64,000 bases of DNA from Oscillospiraceae bacterium (GTDB taxonomy: Bacteria; Bacillota; Clostridia; Oscillospirales; Ruminococcaceae). Below the pieces are notes generated by a model. It searched no databases, was not told the DNA's origin, and was given only the letters and a program-made list of their open reading frames with translations. Location of the stretch: positions 26,267 through 90,266 of the forward strand of contig WRKM01000005.1 of NCBI GenBank assembly GCA_009778065.1, given 5' to 3'. The number at the start of each line of letters is the position of its first letter. Position 1 is the first letter of the stretch. This document shows positions 40,748 to 48,306 of this stretch, piece by piece. The position numbers and the translations under genes were made by a program.

Positions 40748-42397
40748 TTATCCGAGAATTATATCCAACATCTGACCAACATCTTTTTTCCCTAAAAAGA
40801 CCCTCTCGTCATCTGTTATGATAACGGGAACGCTCTTTATATTATAGCGTGATATTAATTCGGGGAAACGATGGACATCAATCATAGCCGCCGAAACATT
40901 TTGGTTACGAGCGGCAATAAGCTGTGCGGAAGTCACTGTTTCGGGGCATAGGGGACACGACAGCGAAACGCACACCCGAATGTCGTACCGTTTGTTAATT
41001 CCGTCGATTCGTTCGGTAATATGCGGCTCAACCTTTTGTCCGGGACCTGCCGCGTTATAAAGTGCGAATACAAAGGAATTAAACTCATGCCCGCCCGGTA
41101 CGCCGTGAAATGTAATCCCCGTGAAACTGCCGTCGTCTTTAAAAATAGCAAGCGCAGGGTATAAATCAAACGAGAGATTAACATCCTCCTTTTTATATTC
41201 CCGTAGAGAGATTTTGTCGGACAACACGCTGAATTCCTTCGCAAATTGGAGCATTTCATTTTGAAACGCACCTTTTTCCGGTTCATTTGCGGTTATTACC
41301 GCTATGGTGACAGGATTTTCAAACTTATCGAACAAGGGGATTAACTGCTCCTTAATATCGCTGTCAATAAAGGATTCGGACATGCTGTTATCATCATTGT
41401 CATTATTATCGTCGCCGCTTGATTGACTGATTTTAATACCGAGTTGTTCTTTTTTAACCTCGACAAAACGCTCTATACTTGTTGACGCAATCGCACCATC
41501 GCTTACAGCTGTGACAAGTTGGCGCAGACGCTTAGGTCTGATGTCTCCTGCGGCATACACACCCTCTATGTTGGTTTTCATATCTTCGTCCGTTACTAAA
41601 TAGCCGTATTCATCCATGTCTAATATACCCTTGAACAAATCGCTGACAGGCTCGTATCCGACAAAGACAAAAACACCAAAACTGTCGTTCGGGTCGGCGG
41701 GTTCATATACCCATTCTTCTTTTGTCGCGTTGTTTATGAACCTCGCTTTTTTCGGAACCGCATCGCCTGTTAAAGAAAGCAGTTCTGTATTGAAGAACAC
41801 TTCGATTTTATCGTTGGTGAGTGCCTTATCCGCAATTGTCTTAGAACAAGTGAATTCGGGTTCGCGTGCGATTATCATTACTTTTTTTGCAAAGCGGGTC
41901 AGAAAAACAGCTTCTTCCGCCGCCGCAAAACCCGCGCCGATTACAAAAATGTCCATTCCCGTAAAAAATTCGCCGTCACAGGTGGCGCAATAAGCCACCC
42001 CGTGTCCTGTAAACTCCTTTTCACCCTCAAATCCGAGAGAGCGCGGTTTCGCCCCTGTAGCGACTATTACGGCAACGGATTTTAAAGTTTTACCGTCGGA
42101 TGAAACGACCTCTTTTATATCGTTTTCAAAATTAATCTTCACTGCATCGGCAGATGTAAATGAAACTCCAAAATTCAGAGCCTGCTTTTTCATGGTCTCT
42201 GCGATTGCCGCACCGTTTGTTTTGGCTATACCCGGATAATTGACGACTTCGGCGGTTATACCGATTTGCCCTCCGGGGGTTTCACCTTCAAAAACTAACG
42301 CTTTAAGTTTTGCGCGTCCTGCGTAAAGAGCGGCGGCGAGTCCCGCAGGACCCGCGCCGATTATAATTAAGTCGTATAAATTTTCCATAATCTTCAC
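40748..42397 (-). CDS. ahpF: AhpF homolog: thioredoxin reductase domain plus C-terminal thioredoxin-fold domains
   Basis: GAGPAGL, YCATCDG, AAGD; C-terminal GVPGGHEF and CPLC; follows ahpC. Confidence 0.88.
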   Translation of the reverse strand: MKIMENLYDLIIIGAGPAGLAAALYAGRAKLKALVFEGETPGGQIGITAEVVNYPGIAKTNGAAIAETMKKQALNFGVSFTSADAVKINFENDIKEVVSSDGKTLKSVAVIVATGAKPRSLGFEGEKEFTGHGVAYCATCDGEFFTGMDIFVIGAGFAAAEEAVFLTRFAKKVMIIAREPEFTCSKTIADKALTNDKIEVFFNTELLSLTGDAVPKKARFINNATKEEWVYEPADPNDSFGVFVFVGYEPVSDLFKGILDMDEYGYLVTDEDMKTNIEGVYAAGDIRPKRLRQLVTAVSDGAIASTSIERFVEVKKEQLGIKISQSSGDDNNDNDDNSMSESFIDSDIKEQLIPLFDKFENPVTIAVITANEPEKGAFQNEMLQFAKEFSVLSDKISLREYKKEDVNLSFDLYPALAIFKDDGSFTGITFHGVPGGHEFNSFVFALYNAAGPGQKVEPHITERIDGINKRYDIRVCVSLSCPLCPETVTSAQLIAARNQNVSAAMIDVHRFPELISRYNIKSVPVIITDDERVFLGKKDVGQMLDIILG

Positions 42398-42399
42398 CT

Positions 42400-42963
42400 C
42401 TACAGCTTCCCGATTAGGTCAAGACTGGGTTTTAAAGTTTTTTCGCCCGGCTTCCACTTTGCGGGACATACCTGGTCGCCGTGTTCTGCGACGAACTGCG
42501 CGGCTTGCACCTTGCGAAGCAATTCGGAGGCGTTGCGTCCGATACCGAGGTCGTTAATTTCATATGCAACGATTTTCCCCTCGGGATTCACTATAAAAGT
42601 ACCGCGAAGCGCGAGTCCCGCTTCGGGGATAAGGACGTCAAAATCCTTTGAAAGTGCGTGAGTCGGGTCGGCAAGCATGAAATATTTAATTTTCTTGATT
42701 GTGTCTGACGCATCATGCCACGCCTTATGTACAAAATGGGTGTCGGTAGATACGGAGTAAATCTCGCATCCTATTTCTTTAAAACTGTCATGTATGTCGG
42801 CTAAATCGCCGAGTTCTGTAGGACATACAAAGGTAAAGTCAGCGGGGTAGAAAACAAATACACCCCATTTACCCAAAACGTCCTGCTTAGTTATCGCGCT
42901 GAACTGACCGTCTGCGAAAGCTTGTACGTTGAAATCGCCGATTTCTTTTCCGATAAGAGCCAT
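42400..42963 (-). CDS. ahpC: Alkyl hydroperoxide reductase subunit C (2-Cys peroxiredoxin)
   Basis: FYPADFTFVCPTE and VCPAKW; real start ATG 42963 after AGGAGG. Confidence 0.97.
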   Translation of the reverse strand: MALIGKEIGDFNVQAFADGQFSAITKQDVLGKWGVFVFYPADFTFVCPTELGDLADIHDSFKEIGCEIYSVSTDTHFVHKAWHDASDTIKKIKYFMLADPTHALSKDFDVLIPEAGLALRGTFIVNPEGKIVAYEINDLGIGRNASELLRKVQAAQFVAEHGDQVCPAKWKPGEKTLKPSLDLIGKL

Positions 42964-42997
42964 GATGAATCCTCCTGTTGTCTTTATTTTTTTAAGT

Positions 42998-43033
42998 AAA
43001 AATGACTGCCGCACAATGAAAAAAGTGCGGCAG
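42998..43033 (-). terminator. Terminator-like hairpin just upstream of the ahpC RBS
   Basis: Minus strand CUGCCGCAC-(10 nt)-GUGCGGCAG followed by UCAUUUUU. Confidence 0.6.
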
Positions 43034-43200
43034 CCGCGAACCGCTAACGCCGTGGCATGGTACATAGAACCCGCGAAACCGCAGGGTGGGTAAAAATCGC
43101 CTGTAGGTTCACGCTCCCTTCGTCCATCGGCAAAAACGAGTTTTCGCCGACGGGAGGTCTGCAATCCGCTGACAGAGCTGAAATCCCATATTATAGGTGT
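43034..43200 (-). ncRNA. Structured RNA, 6S RNA (ssrS)-like candidate or ahpC leader
   Basis: Minus strand CCCACCCUGC...GCGGGUUC...CACGGC resembles the 3' strand of Firmicutes 6S RNA as I recall it; promoter-like elements upstream and terminator downstream; no SD-supported ORF. Confidence 0.45.
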
Positions 43201-43269
43201 TGGATTATAATAACCATACTTTAACGCACGAAGCAGTCAATAAGCTGAAAGCCGCAACCGGAGCCGCAA

Positions 43270-43584
43270 CTAAAAGCCAAACTCGTCCGCGAGTTCTTCA
43301 AAACGCGCTAAGAACATATCACCGATTTTGTCGGAAAGAGCTTCGTCATCAACAGTTGAAAGAAAATATTCGCCGTCTTCTTCAATCTCTTGTAAAACAA
43401 TGAATTCCGTTTCGGCGTCTTCGTCCTCGTCCTCTTCGTCTGCATCTTCATCATAAAGGACAAGTGCAAGGTAGTTAACATTCTCATAGGTCAGCGCGTC
43501 AACTATCTCAAATTGCTCGCCGTCAAGCTCAACTAAATCGGGTTCGTATTCCTCAAAATCAGTTTTTTCTTCAAATTCAGCCAT
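43270..43584 (-). CDS. DUF1292 domain protein (acidic)
   Basis: FEIVDALTYENVNYLAL, highly acidic, LSTVDDE. Confidence 0.85.
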   Translation of the reverse strand: MAEFEEKTDFEEYEPDLVELDGEQFEIVDALTYENVNYLALVLYDEDADEEDEDEDAETEFIVLQEIEEDGEYFLSTVDDEALSDKIGDMFLARFEELADEFGF

Positions 43585-43614
43585 GTTTGTCCCTTTCGTT
43601 ATTTTGTTATGTTA

Positions 43615-43643
43615 ATTATACAATACATTTAAGGCTTTGTCAA
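43615..43643 (-). promoter_or_regulatory. Consensus sigma70 promoter of DUF1292 gene
   Basis: Minus strand TTGACA, 17 bp, TATAAT. Confidence 0.88.
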
Positions 43644-43741
43644 TAAGAAATACTGCATTTTTCCCCAATATTTTGAAAAAAACACGTCCATAACTGTCAG
43701 AAGTTATAAATAATTCTGAAAAAAATTGTGCAATATAACTG

Positions 43742-43770
43742 TTGACAGTTGTGTATAATTATGGTAAAAT
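43742..43770 (+). promoter_or_regulatory. sigma70 promoter driving the large non-coding unit
   Basis: TTGACA (43742-43747), 17 bp, TAAAAT (43765-43770); additional TATAAT at 43754 and 43770. Confidence 0.82.
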
Positions 43771-43776
43771 ATAATC

Positions 43777-44475
43777 ACGGAAGAAATTTCAAGAAAGTTA
43801 GACCCCGAAGGCGGAAAAAGCGGTAAAGAGTAACGATGGTGAAATTACCGTAAAGCTGTGGGAAAAGCGAGTAGGGAATGGCGCCGAGGCAGGGTCGGAG
43901 CGAGCGGTTGAACGAAGCTCTTAAAGTCACAGCAGGGTAGGCTGCGAGAAAGACCAAGATACATAGTTCTATACGATTAAGAGGATTATGTAAATATGAC
44001 CGAGAAAAGGAGGCGAGTCCAATGGATGCGGAAATCAAAGTGCCGAGCGTAGGTTGCGGCTCGCGCGACGATTAAGTTACATGTGAAATCGCAGATAAGC
44101 CGGAAAGCCCAAGCGGTGGGAAGGTTTAACGGATTTAAGGTCGGTACTTTTACCGGGATTATGCTTAAACGGACACGAACGCAATTACGTCGGCGATAAG
44201 GCTATAGGTGGGTGTCCTGTGTCGAAAGCAGGATATAACCGCAGAGGGTGTAAAGAAATCCGAAGCGGAAACCGCAAATAGGCTTGAAAATTTATATACC
44301 GGCAATTTTATGACAGCGCTTATGGACTTTTGGGAATAAAGTCTTTGAAGCGAGCCGGATTAACCGCCGAGGCGTTTAAATAAAAAATGTAAAGTTTCAA
44401 GTAACCCTTCTCGGAGGAGAAGAAAAATTAATATACTAACCCGCGCAGTCAAATTTAAAACTGCGCGGGTTTCAG
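43777..44475 (+). ncRNA. Candidate large (about 700 nt) structured ncRNA of unassigned family
   Basis: Bounded by a promoter and a 12-bp hairpin, no long + strand ORF, purine-rich, many helices (see findings); the next gene has its own promoter. Confidence 0.7.
44438..44473 (+). terminator. Terminator-like hairpin closing the large RNA
   Basis: Perfect 12-bp stem AACCCGCGCAGT (44438-44449)/ACTGCGCGGGTT (44460-44471); U tail is short. Confidence 0.7.
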
Positions 44476-44552
44476 CGTTACAGAATATTTTCGGCTATAA
44501 TTTAAGTTATCGTAAAATTCTTGAAAATCAAGTTAATATTTTCAAAAAACTA

Positions 44553-44581
44553 TAGCATTTTTTTAAAAAATATGTTATACT
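44553..44581 (+). promoter_or_regulatory. Extended -10 promoter of dnaD-loader operon
   Basis: TAGCAT, 17 bp, TGn-TATACT. Confidence 0.6.
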
Positions 44582-44623
44582 GACTTTAAAATGCACAAAA
44601 TCGAAAGGCGGTAAGTAAAGAAA

Positions 44624-45634
44624 GTGGGTTTTAAACTCAATCTCGGGGCATGGAATGACGTTTTCGCCGTTCCGTCGGTTGTCGTAGATAATTACATAAA
44701 ATTGGCAGGCGGAAACAATATTAAAGTCTTACTGTATTATTTAAAAAACGCGGGACGGGTTCTCTCGGTAGATGAAGTTTCACAAAAAACAGGCGTAAAC
44801 CCCGACGACATACAAGATGCCCTGCTTTTCTGGGAGCAGACGGGACTGCTGTGCTTTAATAAAAACGATATAGTTCCCGGCAATATACCGTTAAATAATG
44901 AAAATCCCTATATATCCGAGCATGAGCAAATCACCGTAAAACCGGAAAAAACAGAAACAACGCTTCGTTCTATAGCGGAAAGTCGAGTTCAACTCGAAAG
45001 AGAACCTCGATTTTGCCCTAAAGAAATAGCCCATTCTGTACGAGAAAACAAAGGCATGGACTTTCTTTTCAAGGGTTGCGAGAAAATTTTCGGCAGAACC
45101 CTCAAGCATAATGAGCAAAATTCACTCATGCTTATTACCGAGGAGACGGGAATTCCGGCAGAATGTACGCTTATGCTTGTTGACTATTGCTTTTCCATAG
45201 GGAAGCCGACCCCTGCCTACATGAAAGCGATAGCGGTAGATTGGCTCGAACGCGGGATAATGACTATGAGTGCGGTAGAGGACGAAATAAAAGTATTAAG
45301 AGAAATAAACAGCCTTGAAAACAGGTTAAAAAGGCTTTTCGAGATGAATAGCGCGTTTTCAAAAACACAAAAGGATTTCATAAAAAAGTGGAGCAACTTG
45401 GGTTATGGTGAAGAAATGCTCTCGGAAGCATACCAAATTACGCTCGACCAAACGGGTAAAGCGGCCTTTCCGTATATGAATAAAATTATAACCAAATGGA
45501 GCGAGAACGGCATAAAAACTAAAGAACAGCTCGAAAAATCACAAAAAGCCTACAATGAAAAGAATCAAAGCGCATCCGAAGCAAAATCATCTTTTGATTT
45601 GAATTTAATATCGAAGCTGATTAATGAGAAATAG
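44624..45634 (+). CDS. DnaD/DnaB_2 domain replication protein
   Basis: N-terminal FAVP..VVDNYIK, two DnaD-like repeats (YM.AIA.DW, FPYMNKIITKW). Confidence 0.88.
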   Translation: MGFKLNLGAWNDVFAVPSVVVDNYIKLAGGNNIKVLLYYLKNAGRVLSVDEVSQKTGVNPDDIQDALLFWEQTGLLCFNKNDIVPGNIPLNNENPYISEHEQITVKPEKTETTLRSIAESRVQLEREPRFCPKEIAHSVRENKGMDFLFKGCEKIFGRTLKHNEQNSLMLITEETGIPAECTLMLVDYCFSIGKPTPAYMKAIAVDWLERGIMTMSAVEDEIKVLREINSLENRLKRLFEMNSAFSKTQKDFIKKWSNLGYGEEMLSEAYQITLDQTGKAAFPYMNKIITKWSENGIKTKEQLEKSQKAYNEKNQSASEAKSSFDLNLISKLINEK

Positions 45635-45649
45635 GCGGTATGTAAAAGT

Positions 45650-46651
45650 ATGTATAACCAACCTAATCAAAGCTTTTACGAGTGTGCGGAGGCTGAAATA
45701 AAACGCCGCCGCGAAGTAAATACCGAAAAGCTGAATCTACGTAAACGAGAAATAGAAAAAATAATCCCCGAATACAAAGCGATTCGTCTCGAACTCATGA
45801 AAACGGGAGAGAGGCTTTACAGGATTATAATGTCTGCGGAAGATGCTGCAAAAAAGCTCGCAAGGCTTGAACGCGAAAACATAACAGCACAAGAGGCGAT
45901 TAAAGTATTACTCGTCGGAAACAAATACGCCCCTGACTACTTAGACGAGATTTATACCTGCCAAAAGTGCCGAGACACCGGGGTTTATCAAAATCGTCGT
46001 TGCTATTGCTTTAAAGAAATTGTAAAAAGACTTGCGGCTGACGAGCTTAATGCCTCTGCGCCGATAAAACTCAGTAGCTTTGAGACATTCGACATAAATC
46101 TGTACCCCGACCGTACCGATACCGATACGGGTATTAACATAAAAAATAAAATGATGCGAAACTTTAAGACATGCAAGGATTTTGCCGATAATTTTCATTT
46201 ACCGTGTACGGGTATCCTTATGTTCGGGAAAACGGGGCTTGGCAAGACGCATCTTTCTCTCGCCGTTGCAAAAACCGTGATTTTAAAGAATCACAGCGTT
46301 ATTTACGGCTCCGCACCCGACTTGCTCCGTAAAATTGAAAAGGAGCATTTCAGCCGCACGGCAGGCGACGACCGCTCAGATACGGCGGGACTGCTTCAAG
46401 AAGCGGATTTATTGATTTTTGACGACCTCGGTGCGGAATTTGAGAGCAGGTTCTATGTTTCTGCTTTCTACAATTTACTGAACTCTCGTATTAACGCCGG
46501 TTTACCGCTTATAATAAACACGAACCTGACAGAAAAAGAGTTGAAAGAACGCTACGGAGACCGTATTATGTCACGGCTTCTTACAATGGAGTGTTTAAAA
46601 TTTATAGGCGACGACATAAGAGTCGGTAAAAAATACGGAATCAGTGTGTAA
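45650..46651 (+). CDS. DnaC/DnaI-like helicase loader ATPase
   Basis: Zn motif CQKC.DTG...RCYC, Walker A GKTGLGKT, Walker B LLIFDDLG. Confidence 0.9.
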   Translation: MYNQPNQSFYECAEAEIKRRREVNTEKLNLRKREIEKIIPEYKAIRLELMKTGERLYRIIMSAEDAAKKLARLERENITAQEAIKVLLVGNKYAPDYLDEIYTCQKCRDTGVYQNRRCYCFKEIVKRLAADELNASAPIKLSSFETFDINLYPDRTDTDTGINIKNKMMRNFKTCKDFADNFHLPCTGILMFGKTGLGKTHLSLAVAKTVILKNHSVIYGSAPDLLRKIEKEHFSRTAGDDRSDTAGLLQEADLLIFDDLGAEFESRFYVSAFYNLLNSRINAGLPLIINTNLTEKELKERYGDRIMSRLLTMECLKFIGDDIRVGKKYGISV

Positions 46652-46672
46652 AATTTTTGAAAGGTTATAAAA

Positions 46673-47437
46673 ATGGAAAAAAAATTAAAACTCTATGGGT
46701 TTAACAACCTCACAAAATCCCTAAGCTTTAATATCTACGATGTTTGCTACGCAAAAACCGAGCGGGAGCAACGGGATTATGTCGCCTATATTCATCAGCA
46801 GTATAACTCCGAGCGTCTGACAAATATACTGACCAGTGTCACAGACATGATAGGAGCAAAGGTGCTTAATATATCCCGCGCAGACTATGAGCCGCAGGGT
46901 GCGAGCGTAACAATTCTGATTGCCGAGGAGAGCATGGTAAAGAATTTGGCGGGCGACACGGTAATAGGGCATCTCGATAAAAGCCATGTAACGGTTCATA
47001 CTTACCCCGAATATCACCCCGAGACGTTTTTGGCGACATTCAGGGTTGATATTGATGTTACTACCTGCGGTGAAATCACGCCGTTATCGACGCTTGATTA
47101 TCTAATCGGCAGTTTTGATTCGGATATAATCACAATGGATTATCGTGTACGCGGCTTTACAAGAGAGATAGAGGGGAAGAAGCTGTTTATCGACCACAAA
47201 ATTACGAGTATACAGGAATATATCGACCCTGCCACGATGAACAAGTACGATGCGGTGGATGTGAATGTCTATCATTCAAACATCTTTCATACAAAAATGC
47301 TTATTAAAGATATAGACCTGCAAAATTATCTCTTCAACGCAGATGTATACGAAATCCCACCTAAAACAAGACTTGGTATTATGAATAATTTAAGACAGGA
47401 GATGATTGAAATTTTTTCGGGGAGTAATATATACTGA
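46673..47437 (+). CDS. speD: S-adenosylmethionine decarboxylase proenzyme
   Basis: [37 protein letters not shown]. Confidence 0.95.
   Translation: MEKKLKLYGFNNLTKSLSFNIYDVCYAKTEREQRDYVAYIHQQYNSERLTNILTSVTDMIGAKVLNISRADYEPQGASVTILIAEESMVKNLAGDTVIGHLDKSHVTVHTYPEYHPETFLATFRVDIDVTTCGEITPLSTLDYLIGSFDSDIITMDYRVRGFTREIEGKKLFIDHKITSIQEYIDPATMNKYDAVDVNVYHSNIFHTKMLIKDIDLQNYLFNADVYEIPPKTRLGIMNNLRQEMIEIFSGSNIY
47404..47433 (+). repeat. 30-bp direct repeat, copy 1
   Basis: GATTGAAATTTTTTCGGGGAGTAATATATA, identical to 48277-48306. Confidence 0.95.
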
Positions 47438-48282
47438 TGGGTGAAAACAAAAAAAATAAAATAAAGATTTTTGAAGAAAATCGTGTCCGCGCCGTATGGG
47501 ATGAAGAAGCGGAGAAATGGTGGTTTTCTGTTGCCGATATTTGCTCTATTCTATCTGAAAGCTCTGATGGGCGTAAGTATTGGAGCGTGTTAAAGACGCG
47601 CCTTAAAAAAGAAGGAAGCGAGTTGACTACAATTTGTAGTCAACTGAAAATGGAGGCGGCAGATGGTAAAATGTACCTCACTGACGTTGCCGATACCGAG
47701 CAGGTTTTACGGCTTATTCAGTCAATTCCGAGCAAAAAAGCCGAACCTTTCAAGATGTGGCTTGCGAGAGTCGGGAATGAACGCATAGACGAAATCGTTG
47801 ACCCGGAGCAGTCAATAGACCGCGCTATACATAATTACCGCCGTCTTGGTTACAGCGAAAACTGGATTAATCAAAGAATAAAGTCAATAGAGGTTCGCAA
47901 GGCGTTAACGGACGAATGGGAAGCAAGCGGCGTTAGAGAAAGAGAAGAATACGCAGCACTGACAGATTTAATGAGCAAGACATGGAGCGGAATGACAACC
48001 GGGGAATATAAAAAATACAAAGATTTGAAAAAAGAAAATTTGCGTGATAATATGACTAATACAGAACTTATCCTTAATATGTTGGCTGAAGTCACAGCAA
48101 CCGAAATATCAATAATTGAACAACCCACAGGATTTAACGAAAGTGCCAAAGTAGCCGAGCGTGGTGCAAGTGCCGCTAAGGTCGCGCGTAATCAAATCGA
48201 AAAAGAAACAGGAAAATCTGCCATAAGTAGATTAAACACAAAAAATATAGGTCAGATAAAATTGATAGAGGAAACCGATTGA
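47437..48282 (+). CDS. Bro-N domain protein (phage antirepressor-like DNA-binding protein)
   Basis: VRAVWDEEAEKWWFSV.D, RKYWSVLK.RL, IQSIPSKKAEPFK.WLA. Confidence 0.88.
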   Translation: MGENKKNKIKIFEENRVRAVWDEEAEKWWFSVADICSILSESSDGRKYWSVLKTRLKKEGSELTTICSQLKMEAADGKMYLTDVADTEQVLRLIQSIPSKKAEPFKMWLARVGNERIDEIVDPEQSIDRAIHNYRRLGYSENWINQRIKSIEVRKALTDEWEASGVREREEYAALTDLMSKTWSGMTTGEYKKYKDLKKENLRDNMTNTELILNMLAEVTATEISIIEQPTGFNESAKVAERGASAAKVARNQIEKETGKSAISRLNTKNIGQIKLIEETD

Positions 48283-48306
48283 AATTTTTTCGGGGAGTAA
48301 TATATA
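48277..48306 (+). repeat. 30-bp direct repeat, copy 2
   Basis: Identical to 47404-47433; provides the GGGGAG SD for speA. Confidence 0.95.

Noticed and set aside
42964-43164. 67-aa N-terminal extension of AhpC in the ORF track
   Set aside because: Canonical 187-aa AhpC starts at ATG 42963 with AGGAGG; the extension crosses a terminator hairpin.
43149-43187. + strand GGGAGGU...CUGCAAUCCGCU...GAAAUCCC resembles the Bacillus SRP Alu domain
   Set aside because: The essential SRP S-domain (UCAGG...GGAAGCAG) is absent, and promoter and terminator point to the minus strand.
43775-44038. 87-aa minus-strand ORF over the large RNA
   Set aside because: No SD, no recognisable domain, and antisense to a consensus promoter; treated as a shadow ORF.
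43777-44475. RNase P, tmRNA, T-box or self-splicing intron identity for the large RNA
   Set aside because: GAGGCGAGUCC only loosely resembles RNase P GAGGAAAGUCC and has no matching P4 partner. There are no tRNA-like ends, no T-box GGUGGnACCGCG and no group II domain V.
44624-46651. DnaD plus DnaC-like pair as a prophage replication module
   Set aside because: No phage or integrase genes nearby; this pair is the normal clostridial chromosomal loader.
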